NCBI RefSeq assembly: GCF_018977255.1
Contig: NW_024704753.1
Span: 372,001-436,000 of the forward strand
From: Callorhinchus milii
Taxonomy: Eukaryota
Direction: 5' to 3'
Length of the DNA stretch: 64,000 nucleotides
Below the pieces are notes generated by a model that worked only from the letters and a program-made list of their open reading frames with translations, did not search any database and was not told the DNA's origin. The position numbers were made by a program, and so were the translations under genes. Of the stretch, positions 52,101 through 63,289 are shown piece after piece (position 1 is the first letter of the stretch; each line of letters opens with the position of its first letter).

Positions 52101-55100
52101 GAAGTTTGTATGTGCAGCTTGAAAGGGGAGGAATTTAACTTTGGTAAAATTCTTTGTTAACTGAACACTAGTTTACCAGAAAAGTAACTGGAAAAACCTA
52201 AATAAATATCCAACCCTTTTCCTTCCTCCACTGATCCTGAAGGAAAACTCACACAGAGAGATTGCACAATGGTAAATGATGGTGACAGCAGTCATATTCC
52301 CGTGCAGATCTCCTCTGTAAAGTGACGCATTGCAGTATCGTTGCTCCCCTCCCCCAACAAAAGTCTGGACAAAATCGTGTAATATTTTGAACTGGATATT
52401 TCCACAGGACAGTCCGAAGTCTGGCTATGGGAATCACATTGTCTTTGATTCAGAAGAAGAGAGTGAAAATGAGCAAAATGAAGTGCAGAACAAGGTACTG
52501 CTCGAAGATGAAGATGATTCTGCTGATGGTTCTGAAGAGGAAGATAATGCTGAAGAGAAAGATGGAGAACCACCAGCAGAAGAAAGTGGAAGATCACAAA
52601 GAAAACTGCCTGGTGCCTCAAAAGTAAGCGTCTTTCTTGTGTGTTGACTGAAGTGAAAATCAATGTCTGAATAAATTGCATTACTGTGCCAGTCCTTTGT
52701 GTTGGCATTATGTACTTCCAGGTTAGCACTGTGTGACTGATAGAAATTAAAACTAATATGCTCATACTTTTCCATTTTTCTATATTTCCAGGAGTTTAAA
52801 ATCAAAACTATTGGAAAGTTGTTTGACAGTAGTGAGGATGAAGGCATGAATATCGATGATGAAAATCATGATGATATATTCAAGATTAAGCCACAGTTTG
52901 AAGGAAAAGCTGGTCAGAAGGTGAGCAATGGGCCCAGTTTAAGAACTGCCCTGGTGAATCAATTTATTTTCTTTGATGCATAAAGGCTTTATAATTTATA
53001 TCTACATTCATCCAAGAATTCCTATTAAAAAGAGCCTCCTTCAAATGAGCTGGCCATGCTTTCTTTGAATTGAGGTGGTTAGCTTTGGGAAGGTGACCCA
53101 ACATACTTCAATCAAACATAATCTACCCTTGATAGAAGGGGATTCCTTCTCAGGGAATATGCAGAAACCTGAAGAGCAGAGCCTGAGACCTGGACAACAT
53201 TGTTGATGTGGAGACATGAGAATAGGTCACCTGCATGCATAACCCACCTGCCTGAACAACTCATGAGGAACTTAAAGGGCATTTTATTTTAATAAATCTT
53301 TTTTTTTGTAGTTGTTGGCTTTACAATCACGATTTGGGACAGATGAACGATTTCGAATGGATGAACGTTTTTTGGAAAATGACGAGGAAAGTTCAGGTGA
53401 GCATTATGGTTTTTTATGTATAGGATCGTTTTTACTCCAGCACAAGTCACTCATTATGTTGAGCAGAGGATTAAAGAAAAGTTGATGATTGGGTGCTCTT
53501 GGAACATTTTTCATTTGAAGTAACACCTTAAACAATAAATGTAATGCTTTTCTTACAGAAGAGGCAGATACAGGTGAGAAGCAGACTGCTGAGAAAGATG
53601 AGCTGGCTGTTGAGAAGAAGAGAAATCTAGACATTTTACAAGGTCTTCTGCAAGTCAGTGTGAAAATGCCCGAACTCAAGAAAGAACAGGCGAAAGCTAA
53701 GAAATTTAGGTATGTAATAGTCTATCTAGTCAATGGGAGTGTTTGGAAGGGCTTGCTCCAGTGTTTTTTCTCTGTCAAAGTTTGTCTCCAAATCGCGCTG
53801 TTGTCCTTTCAATTAACTGAACAACATACAGCTACACAACTTTGTTGTATCTGGTTTGTTTTTTTAAATGTAAAGTGAGTAATTTTCCCATGCTTGCTCC
53901 TTTCAGAGATGTCTCTGCTCTGCACTATGATCCTACACGAGAAGACCATGCAGTATTTGAAACCAAAGTAGAAACCAAGAAACAAAGGTAATTCTGATTA
54001 AAGTAAAGGTACATTACATCACTCATCAACAGCATCAGAACTCAAGTATACTTAGATTCTTTTTCTTTGTCCCGCTCTTTCTTTAAAATTGGCAAAAGCA
54101 CAACGATGTGTCTGTGTGCGTACACGTGTGTGTGTGTGTGTGTGTGCACCCTGCATGCATGCAGGCATTGTCCCTTTGTTTAATTTGACCAAAGATCTTT
54201 TGACTTAAAGTTTCTGTATTACTGGACAATAATCAAAAAGTTTAATGTTAACTGTGTTAGACAGATTTAGCTCTGTAGCTAATGAATCCTTTCCTAAATT
54301 AACCAGCAAGGCAGAAAGAAGGAAAATAAGAGAAGCGGTTGAAAAGCTTCCAGAAGTGTCCAAAGAAACATACTTTGATGTTGCTGTGAATTTAAAAGAA
54401 ATCTTCAGTTCAAGTACTGAAGACAAAGGAAACACTGAGGAGAAGAAGAAAGAAGATGATCAGCATCAAAAAGAGGCTGCAAAATCACATGAAGATTCAA
54501 GTGCCCAGCAGATAGCGAGTGTCATTCCTAATAATACTCCAAAGGAAGAATCCACGGGATTTAAGTTTTCATTCTTTGGCACGGAGGCCACGGTTACTGC
54601 TCCGAAAGAAGGTAAAATAAATGATGTGGCTTCCTTGAGGCTACTGTTGGTTCTGTTACCAGAAAGGCTTTATAGACATCACACAGCAATAAGTTTGCTG
54701 ATTTGACATTTTATTTATTTGTTGTAGATATTTATGCTTAACAACAAAATTACATTTGTATAGTGCCTTTCACGTCAGGAGGACGTCTCCCAAGACACTG
54801 AACAATCAGTGTTTCGGACCAGAGGTTAAGTCATTTCAATTTTGGAGAATGGAACATTTTTTTGAGACCCAAGTGTCTGCTTGAATCAGTGCCAGGCATG
54901 GAACAGGGCAGATACAATTGAGGCTGCCTCTGCTACACCTAGTCGTTGTTCTGGAACACTGGCTTAAGGAAATCATGCCATAATTGGCAATTTTCAGGGC
55001 AGCAATCAGGATAAGGAGACCTGGCATAACACACAACTAATTGTGATGCATGCAAATCAATTGTTCCCTATTTAGAGGAGCAGATGATACCTGGATCTAA

Positions 55101-56299
55101 GCAATAGGGATCAGACTTGCACCCTCCTGTTCACCGTGTGACAAGCTGACTCTTAATTTATGGTCATCTTTTACTGTTTCAGAACTCTACAAGGCTGAGT
55201 CACTAAATGTAGCGAAAGTTTCCTGGACAGAAGATCCTCGCTTCCAAGATAGTTCCTCTGAGGAAGAGGAAGAAGATTTGAAAGGACAAGATGATACCAG
55301 GGCACAGAGGTAAATCTAAACATATTGTGTTTCATGCGACAGAGTGATTACAGTGAGCCACTTGGCTTTCTTGATCACTTCAGAAATTACCTGTAATTAA
55401 TTGGTGACTTTATAACATAATAATAACTCGCATTCAAGAATATGCATCTGTTTAAACCAGTTCCTGGCAAGTGCACAACTTGTTTGACGGAAGGAGTTAT
55501 TTCACTGTGTTTTGAAGTTCAGGATCAGCTTGTGTCCTAATATTACCAACTTTGAAGGATAGTGGCATTTACATCCCTGTTTACTACATTAACACTTTTT
55601 CTCCCATTTTATTTTAGTGCTGCACCACTTCTTGAGAAGAATATAAATTTTTTTTTCTTCTTTAAAGATGACCAGAGGCTAAAAGGTAAGAGGATCTTTT
55701 AAGTCAATTAGAATTCATCCAAAGCTGTTACAGTGGGACACAACATATGCATTAATGGACTTTTGTGCAACTTCTCAGTTTAGTTGGCAACACATTAAAT
55801 CAAATTCCATTATTCTCTGTTTTGTTTAGATGGCCCTGAACTATTTTGTCACACTGCAGACCTTGAAGTTGAAAGAAATGATTGGGAAGAAAAGCGATCT
55901 TCATTAATTGAGGTACCCAAGTGTTCTTTAAAACTTTTTTTTAAGTTTGGGCGAGGTGCAATTGGCAGAGATTAATCTGATTGTAATTTTCACCGAGGTA
56001 CTGGTAATACCAGTTGTTGCATGGAATACACATTTTAAGAACTGAGTGAGTCCACAGGGATTCAAACCCAAAACCTCTGGTCAGTGCTCAGCTGACTGAG
56101 CCACATGGGATGGTTGGGGTGTATTTCTGTGTATGTACTTTGCCTGAGGTAGATAATGTAACATTTTGTTTCATTTCTAAAAGAAGTTCTTGAATTTTTC
56201 TTCCCCTTTTTTCAGGAATACCGAAAGAAGCACAAAGATGCACGGAGGAAAGTAAAAGAAAAACGATATATGGGAGTTTTAGGGGAGATGTATAAATGA
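46142..56299 (+). CDS. NOL8: Nucleolar protein 8 (N-terminal RRM; 16 coding exons; apparent 1-nt deletions in this assembly)
   Basis: Exons 46142-46280, 46916-46977, 47744-47822, 48703-48853, 49548-49616, 49740-51492, 52408-52623, 52792-52920, 53312-53396, 53559-53709, 53907-53987, 54307-54611, 55183-55309, 55618-55685, 55830-55912, 56216-56299. Motifs KRVFVGGL, WKGGTLQIELAKESFL, NWVVSKFGRVLP, DPSKYCHNIKK, EYDSADTDEII, DNQKRLAAL, FKIKPQFEGKAGQK, FGTDERFRMD, HYDPT, WTEDPRFQDSS, RKKHKDARRK; AATAAA 56375-56380. Confidence 0.95.
49617..49739 (+). other. U12-type (minor spliceosome) AT-AC intron of NOL8
   Basis: 5' end ATATCCTTTT, branch site TTCCTTAAT at 49722-49730, 3' end TTTAC; removal joins ...LRPNGQNR to LIKCDPSKYCHN in frame. 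Confidence 0.92.
51870..52063 (+). mobile_element. SINE 3' half in NOL8 intron
   Basis: AATTGGTCATTTTCAATCCACGGCTGTTTGTGGGACAC...GTGAAGCGCTTTGAGACGTC...ATCAAATGCAA. Confidence 0.78.
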
Positions 56300-56589
56300 T
56301 GTGCTGGGAAAGGAAGGAAAAACGTCAGATCATAAACTGGTCTGTTTGCATTTGCCAATTTGACTTTTTGTATTAATAAATACATTGCTTTAACTTCATC
56401 ATCTCCCAGGGTATCACCACATTTCTGAAAGGTGAGAGCTCCTGATCTTTCTCAAGTTATTTTGAAAACTTCTTCAGTGCAATGAGAAACAAATGAGCAG
56501 AACACACTCCCGCATGTCTAAGAGACAGTGAGAATGGGGCACCTGATCAGGGGATTGGTGATGGAAGATAACAAAAGCTACAGCTAGCA

Positions 56590-56865
56590 AGCTAAATAAT
56601 AATCCTAATCACATCGTTGAGACCCCTCAAAATGCTTTCCAGGGTATAAAGTGGTTTGACTGTTTTGTGAGTGAAACACAGCAGTCGGTTGTGCAGAGCA
56701 ATCTGAAATTTTATTTGGGGGAATGTTAGGACATTGAGAAACTCCTTTCTCTTTTCAACTAGTTCCATGGGATCTTTAACGTCCACTTGAACAGACAGAC
56801 AGGACCTCAGTTTAACATCTTGTCTGAAGGATGGCACCATCGACAATGCACTGCAATAGTGTGTG
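56590..56865 (-). mobile_element. Deu-domain SINE fragment
   Basis: Reverse complement of GATGTTAAACTGAGGTCCTGTCTG...GTGGACGTTAAAGATCCCATGG core. Confidence 0.7.
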
Positions 56866-58073
56866 TACAAATACACTACACTTTATAGTATACCCTATGA
56901 AGTGTTTGGGATGTCCTGACATGAAAGGGGCTATCACAAATTTAAGGATTATTTATTAAGTCCATGTGTATCACCACATCAACTTCAGACTGGCTGCTGG
57001 GGGAAAGTCAAGTATTTGATTATATTTCTGGTATCGAGCCCTCCTCCCTTCACTGATTCTAGCCTCCAACACAGGTTTATGAACCCTAACCAAACCAGCG
57101 TGGTCTGAAGGTTTGTGCTGAATGGGAACATTTTCTAGTATAATATAACTTTGTCTTTATGTGTAACTATGACTGTTATGTGCCTCCAGTGCCTTGGGAC
57201 ATCCTCCTGACGTGAAAGGCACGACAAATGTGATTTTGTTGTTGATTTCATTATTTCTGTCTGTATTAAAATTGAAGCTTCGAGTAGAGTGCATTTTGCC
57301 CACCACACGAGGAGGGGAAGTGATGTAGGAATATGGTATTTTCCAATTTAGTTTCAATGCTGATTATGTGGATTGCAACTACTAGTTTTATTAACTGTTT
57401 TGACATGCATATTGCATCTGTGTGTCTGTTTCCTGGTGCAGAATTTAGGATTACAGGAAAGGATTTTAGGAGCATACAAGAGCCTTCAAAGCCTGGTGGT
57501 TTTTATAGTAACTTGCATCATCTTTGACTTGACTAAGCAAACTAGTGTCATGGACAGGTGCCTGTTCCTTCCAGAGTGATAGCAACAGCTGCACTTGGAC
57601 ATCCAGCCGATCAACTTAATATAACTTATACTTGATTATGTTCTTAGATGGGAGGGATGATGCACTGGATGACGATTCTTGGATTATTTTGTCACATTGG
57701 AACCCATTTAACTTGAGATGGGATGTTAGAAAGGTGCAGAAATATAAGATGTATTTATTTCTGCAAACAATGGATCTCGGACTAACATATTTGATGAAAG
57801 ACGTGAATTATTTGATTATTAATTAAAACAAAATGGGTGTAGATGTCGTTGCTCTATCAATAAACCTGAAAGCTTTGTAAACTATAGGCGATTGTCAAAA
57901 CTGCCCCCACAGCAAATGCGATCCGAAGGCGCTGATGTGTGTAACCAGATTTCTCGTGAAGCAGCAGTTAAGCCATTGAGACTTGTTCCAACTCGTTAAC
58001 CGGTAACGCCCGTTCTCACTCCTGTGAGGGAAGAGTATGAAAATGTCCGGTGTGTACAGTCATGTTAAAGGAT

Positions 58074-58435
58074 TCCTCTCCTCTCTCCCCTCTCTCTCCC
58101 TCTCCCCCCCTCCCTCCTCCCCTCTCTCCCCCCTCTCTCTCTCTCCCTCCCTCCTCCCCTCTCTCTCCCCCCTCTCTCTCCCTCCCTCCTCCCCTCTCTC
58201 TCCTCCTCTCTCTTCCCCCCTCCCCTCTCCCCTCTCTCTCCCTCCTCCCCCTCCCTCCCCTCTCTCTCCCTCCTCCACCTCTCTCTCTCCCTCCCTCCTC
58301 CCCTCTCCCTCCTTCTCTCTTCCCCCCTCCCCTCTCTCTCCCTCCCTCGCCCTCCTCCCCCCCTCTCTCTCCTTCTCTCTTTCCCCCCCTCCCCTTCTCC
58401 CTCCTCTCTCCCTCCTCCCCTCTCTCCCCCCCTCA
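58074..58435. repeat. Polypyrimidine (C/T) low-complexity tract
   Basis: About 360 bp almost exclusively C and T on +. Confidence 0.95.
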
Positions 58436-59059
58436 CTAACCAGACGAATCCCGTCGCTGTAAAGCAGTGGAGGAGCCGCACAGAGCGGAAGCCGCGGCTC
58501 CTGTCCTGTGAGTGACGGGAGAGGGAGAGATGACTGAGGCAGAGCTTTGTGCAGAAAAACAACTCGAAGCTGCCGACGGTTGCGATTTAATGACTTCGGT
58601 CCCACATTGAAGTGCATCAGATTATGATCTCTCTCTGGAGCCGAATTTGCAGATGTAAAAAGCTCGAAGAAGATTTTCTCCAAAACGCTTTAAATGATTC
58701 CCCTTTTCCACCATCTTTGAAAGTGAACGACTGGTGTAAAAAGTAAATGTTTTTCGGCGGCGGCTCAGGGGACCTGACGGCAAAAAGCTACTAGTTTTAT
58801 AGAAACTAAAAGCTGACGGAATTAATCACAGGTTATATATAGTCTTCAGACTGTAGCTCCAAACTGCACTAAACAGTTTATAGAAAGCAAAAAAACACAA
58901 GAATACAATCACTAAAAAAAAGGGTTTTATTAACAAATATACAAAATATTGGTCACAACTGCCATACATTGTTGTTGAGCAGTGCCCCCCCCGCCACGAA
59001 GCCTGGATTGATTTACACATTCCCCTGCAACCGAGTTTATAAACCCCCCAATGTCACCA

Positions 59060-59515
59060 TCACACACACAGCCGGGGGGGGCACACACACACACAGCCAG
59101 AGGGGGCACACACACACACAGCCCGGGGGGGGGGCACACACACACACGGGGGGGGGGCACACACACACAGCCAGAGGGGGCACACACACACACAGCCCGG
59201 GGGGGGGGGGGGGGGCACACACACACACACACACGGGGGGGGGGGGGGCACACACATACACAGCCAGAGGGGGGGGGCACACACACACACAGCCAGAGGG
59301 GGGGGCACACACACACACAGCCAGAGGGGGGGCACACACACACACACACAGCCCGGGGGGGGGGTCTCACCCCCACACACAGCTCGGGGGGGGGTCTCAC
59401 CCCCACCCACAGCCCGGGGGGGGGTCTCACCCCCACCCACAGCCCGGGGGGTCTCACCCACAGCCCGGGGGGGGGGTCTCACCCCACCCACAGCCCGGGG
59501 GGGGGGTCTCACCCC
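59060..59515. repeat. Compound minisatellite in the 3' UTR of the HEXIM-like gene
   Basis: Units (CA)n-CAGCC-(G)n grading into TCTCACCCC-CACAGCCC-(G)n. Confidence 0.92.
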
Positions 59516-60094
59516 TCACACCAGGGCGCTCCAGAAAGCCGCGAAGTCGCGCTGCATGAAGTGTTCGCTCTCAATCACATCGTCTTCCGATGGGAAGTAC
59601 TGCAAACTCTGCTCCTGGTCGATCGGCCCCAAGAACCTGATACGGAACCGGTTCTCCTCCCCGGAGGGAGACGCGGCGCCGTCCAGAGCTCCGCGGGCGT
59701 TCTCCAGCACTCCCAGACAGGCGTCTATGTCCAGGTCCAACTCCACCGCGTCAGCGCCGCTCTCACCGCCGGTGGAATCCGACCTCATGTGCATCAACTG
59801 GTACTTCTCGTGCATCAGGAACTGGTTGGTGTTGCGGGGCGCCCGGTTGCCCCGCAGGTTGACCGGCCGCAAGGCCACCCCTTGGGGGCGGGCGGACGAT
59901 GCCTGTGGTCCACGGCCGCCCCCCCCGACCCTCGGGATTCTCCCGAACTCTGCCCTTCGCCGCCGCCGGTGCCAGCGAGGCTGACCCCCGGCCCCTCGGG
60001 GCGGCGCCGCTCCGCTCCTGCAGCCCGGTTTGCCCACGTCCGAGCGCCCTTCCCCGGCCTCCCACTGGGCAGCCGCCGCTCTGCTGCCGGACAT
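59516..60094 (-). CDS. Intronless HEXIM/CCER1-related protein (192 aa from first in-frame ATG)
   Basis: ATG at 60094 (AGGATG); WHRRRRR basic patch, LRPVNLRGNRAPRNTNQFLMHEKY, acidic region, SEHFMQRDF. TATAAAAG upstream (60518-60511) and AATAAA downstream (58931-58926) on the same strand. The ORF track's start at 60136 is a GTG. Confidence 0.8.
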   Translation of the reverse strand: MSGSRAAAAQWEAGEGRSDVGKPGCRSGAAPPRGAGGQPRWHRRRRRAEFGRIPRVGGGGRGPQASSARPQGVALRPVNLRGNRAPRNTNQFLMHEKYQLMHMRSDSTGGESGADAVELDLDIDACLGVLENARGALDGAASPSGEENRFRIRFLGPIDQEQSLQYFPSEDDVIESEHFMQRDFAAFWSALV

Positions 60095-60479
60095 CCTCCC
60101 GGTGCTGTGTGACCGCAGCGCCTGTATCCCGCTCACATGCTCCGCCGCTCGGCAGCTGTCCCGGTGCGGGCGCGGGGGTCGGTTCCGCGTCCGCGAGCGC
60201 CTGAACCGCGGGTCTACCTTTGGACCGTCTGTGACTTGTTCTTGTCCCGACGCCTCCGGCAGTGCATTCCCCGCGGCCGCTCCCCCTGACCCGCACCAGA
60301 GCCCGAGGCGCCCACACCCACACAGTCACTGAGCTCCTCTTCTCGGAGGTTATTTTTTTGGGGGGAAAAGAAAAAGATTTTTTTTCTCCCCCAAAAAAAC
60401 CACAACAAACAAACGCAGCAATAACAGAGAGAGCGACTGTGAGCCGATCCCCGACCGCGGCTCAGACACGGGCTCTCAG

Positions 60480-60605
60480 CGCAATGAGAGGCGTTCGCTC
60501 CCCCCACAGCCTTTTATACCCCCCCCCCACGGTCCCCCCCCCACGGTGCCCGCCCCCTCCCACGGTCCCCCCCCCCCACACGGTCCCCGCCCCCCCAATC
60601 AGACT
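60480..60605 (-). promoter_or_regulatory. Core promoter of the HEXIM/CCER1-like gene
   Basis: TATAAAAG at 60518-60511 on the minus strand, C-rich CCACGGTCCCC repeats, CCAAT at about 60595, within a CpG island. Confidence 0.6.
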
Positions 60606-61867
60606 GCCAGACTCGCGTGGAAGAGTCTATGTGCCGCAGCCCCGAGAGAGAGAGAGAGAGGGGGGGGCGCGGGGGGGGGGGTGAGGCTCCTCTTATTAAA
60701 CACATCCCAATGCTTATCGTTTTATTTTCACACCAAAAAAAATCTATATTTTGGAAACCTGTGTATTTTTCAGGCACCTCTCCCCCCCCCACCTCGGCCC
60801 CACCTCCCCCCCCCCCACCTCCCCTTTTGTAAACAGTGTCGAGTCCCCGCCCTTTCTGTCTCTTTCGTGCAGTTGCTCCCGTCTTGGCTGTGGCTGTAGT
60901 TTTGGAGTGAAAGTGTTGGGGTTGAGGTTTGTTGTCAAAAATGGGTTTGGGAGTGAGTGAGTGAGTGAGTGAGTGAGTGAGACGGGAACGTGGCCCCGAA
61001 AGGCGCTTCTGTGTCGCAATGTTGTTAAACCGGTTGGTTGGTGGTCGTCGAGTTTGGAAAATCATCGCCATCGCCTACGTGACTCTGAGCTGCGCTGCGC
61101 TTTGTTTACAAGAACATTTAGGGGGTGTGGAGTGGGAGTGGGGGGGAGTGGGGGTCTCCTGGAAGCGTCGCTTGTGACCTGTTGTCCTGTCCTCCTGTCC
61201 CCCCCCCACACACAGTCACGTTTCCCACCGTTTGAATGCAGTCACAGAATGTTTTTGAACCGGTGATTATTACTCAGAGACCTCGGTTTTCTTGCCGAGG
61301 CTGTTTTCGTAACAATATATTATTTTTTTAAAACAGATTTACTTTTAAGTTTAGAAACCAAAATACATTTTCTTTCGCCCTCTCCACGTGGGAAGCGGGT
61401 GGTTCAGTGAATAGAAGACCCCACTTTTGCTTCTGAGACCTTAGTTTGAGTCAACAACAACTTGCACCTATTATTGTAGGAATGAATGGCACATTGAAGA
61501 TAATTCTGAACGTAGAGAGAGAGAGAGAGCAGAACGAGGAAGTGGCAAATGAAGCTGAGACAGAAAAATATGGTGTTTGTGATGGACCAGATTTGGGGTA
61601 TGAAACACCTTGCTTGGCTGTTTTAATAATAATTAATAATAGTTATATTTGCTAATAATTAAATGACCATGTGCGCAATTGGTTGCCGTGCTTCGTCCAC
61701 AAATATAGTCAATTCACTTTACAGTATATTTGGTGAAGCGCTTTGGGACATCTTCTGGATATGAAAAGTACTATATCAAATGCAAGGATGATTCTTATTA
61801 TTATTACATGTGTTTTCACCTCGCGCTGACAGCATCACTATCCATGGTTGCACACTCCACCTTGCTA

Positions 61868-62465
61868 AGCCTCCAGAACCTTGGCGTCTTGTTTGACCCT
61901 CAACTATCCTTTCTACCCCACATCTGTGCCATGACCCGCTCTGCCTTCCCCCACCTCCGCAACATCGCTCGGCTCCGCCACTGTCTCACACCGGAGACCG
62001 CCAAAACCTTCATACACGCATTCATTACATCGAGGCCTGACTATGTAAACTCCCTGCTTCTCGGCAAACTCCTCCCTCCATAGGCTGCAGATCATCCAGT
62101 ACTCTGCAGCCCGTGTCCTCTTCTGCACCAGGATCTGTGACCCTGTCACCCCCATCCTCGCCTGACTCCACTGGCTTCCCATCACACAGAGGATACAGTT
62201 CAAGATCCTGGTCCTCACCTTGAAAGCCCTCCATGGTCTTGCTGACCTCTGCCACCTCCTAAACCCCTACCATCCTGCTCACTCCCTCTGCTCAGCGGGC
62301 TCCGGCCGGCTTCACATCCCCCGCCTCGCGCGCCCTACTATTGGCGGGTGGGCCATTCTGCCCCCACCTTCTGGAACTCCATCCCACAGTCCCTCCACCT
62401 CCGCCCTCCCTCGCCACCTTGAAGACCCTCCTCTTTGACCGTGCTTTCGACGCCTGCTCCCCCCC
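61868..62465 (+). mobile_element. L2 LINE ORF2 C-terminal fragment
   Basis: QNLGVLFDPQLSFLPHI...HLRNIARLR...AKTFIHAFITSRPDYVNSLL. Confidence 0.88.
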
Positions 62466-62473
62466 CCCCGCCC

Positions 62474-62580
62474 TGGGTGTGCTCAGGTGTGGGCGGGTGT
62501 GCTCAGGTGTGGGCGGGTTGTGGGCGGGTTGTGCTCGGGTGTGGGCGGGTTGTGGGCGGGTGTGGGCGGGTTGTGCTCAT
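62474..62580. repeat. Short GT-rich tandem repeat (GGTGTGGGCG / GTGTGCTCAG)
   Basis: Direct reading; contains several GGGCGG GC boxes just upstream of the CCAAT boxes. Confidence 0.8.
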
Positions 62581-62599
62581 GGCAGCACAGCTGGAAGGG

Positions 62600-63100
62600 G
62601 GAGGAGCAGTTTCCATGGCGATGCCCTATGCACTATGCAAATCTGCCCCAAACTCTCGGCCAATGGCAGGCAGGGTTGGGCCGGGGTGAGCCGAGGTCAG
62701 GTGGCCAATGGGAGCGGCGGGTGTTGGATTGAAGGCTGTCGCTGATTGGATGAGAGCTCCCGCCCGGCTCGCGGTGTGGCCGTCACACACGAGCGTCAGC
62801 TATCGGCACCCACCGGCCTCGCCTCCCAGTCACCGCCCGGCAGCCCCGAGCCCGGCTGTGCCAGCCCAGGCCCCGCTTGACAGCCCCACCGCCGACCCCG
62901 GCCCCCGCGGCCGACGACAGGTGAGGATCAGCCTCGCGGTTGGCGAGACACCGAGGCCGCACCCCGGCCGGGCAGCCTGGGGCGTGGGAGCGAGGGAGCC
63001 CGCGCCTGGGTGCCGGGGAGGGAGGGAGGGCCCGCGGGCATTGCATCATCCCGCAGCTGAGCTGCCTGTCACTGGCCGCCCCGGGGGCCGGGGGCCGGGG
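62600..63100 (+). promoter_or_regulatory. CpG-island promoter and non-coding first exon of the next + strand gene (probably IARS1)
   Basis: CCAAT at ~62659 and ~62705, ATTGG at ~62745, octamer ATGCAAAT 62635-62642, donor CAG|GTGAGG at 62920, ATTGCATCA (ATF4 element) 63040-63048, acceptor CTTGACAG at 63969. IARS1 identity rests on recalled vertebrate synteny only; no coding sequence is in the window. Confidence 0.6.
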
Positions 63101-63289
63101 CCCGGGGGCTGGAGCTGTGGTGCTCAGGGAGTGAGAGGCCTGACCCGAGATCGCGTTGCGTTCAGGCGGACAGTAAAGATACTGCGCGACTGAGAGAGGA
63201 GGAGAGGGCGTGTGCGCGGCGGTCGGTCCACCGTCTGCCTCATTAAAACGGGGCCCGTCTTCTGCTGACGGTCCCAGAGGCTCTGATGT

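Noticed and set aside
58471-58502. 9-bp hairpin AGGAGCCGC...GCGGCTCCT near the HEXIM-like gene as a possible ncRNA
   Set aside because: Short stem in GC-rich sequence, with no 7SK, snoRNA or miRNA hallmarks or Pol III promoter visible.
58037-59559. Pro/Ser/Leu-, Gly/Arg/Glu- and His/Thr-rich ORFs
   Set aside because: Translations of the C/T tract and the CA/G minisatellite.
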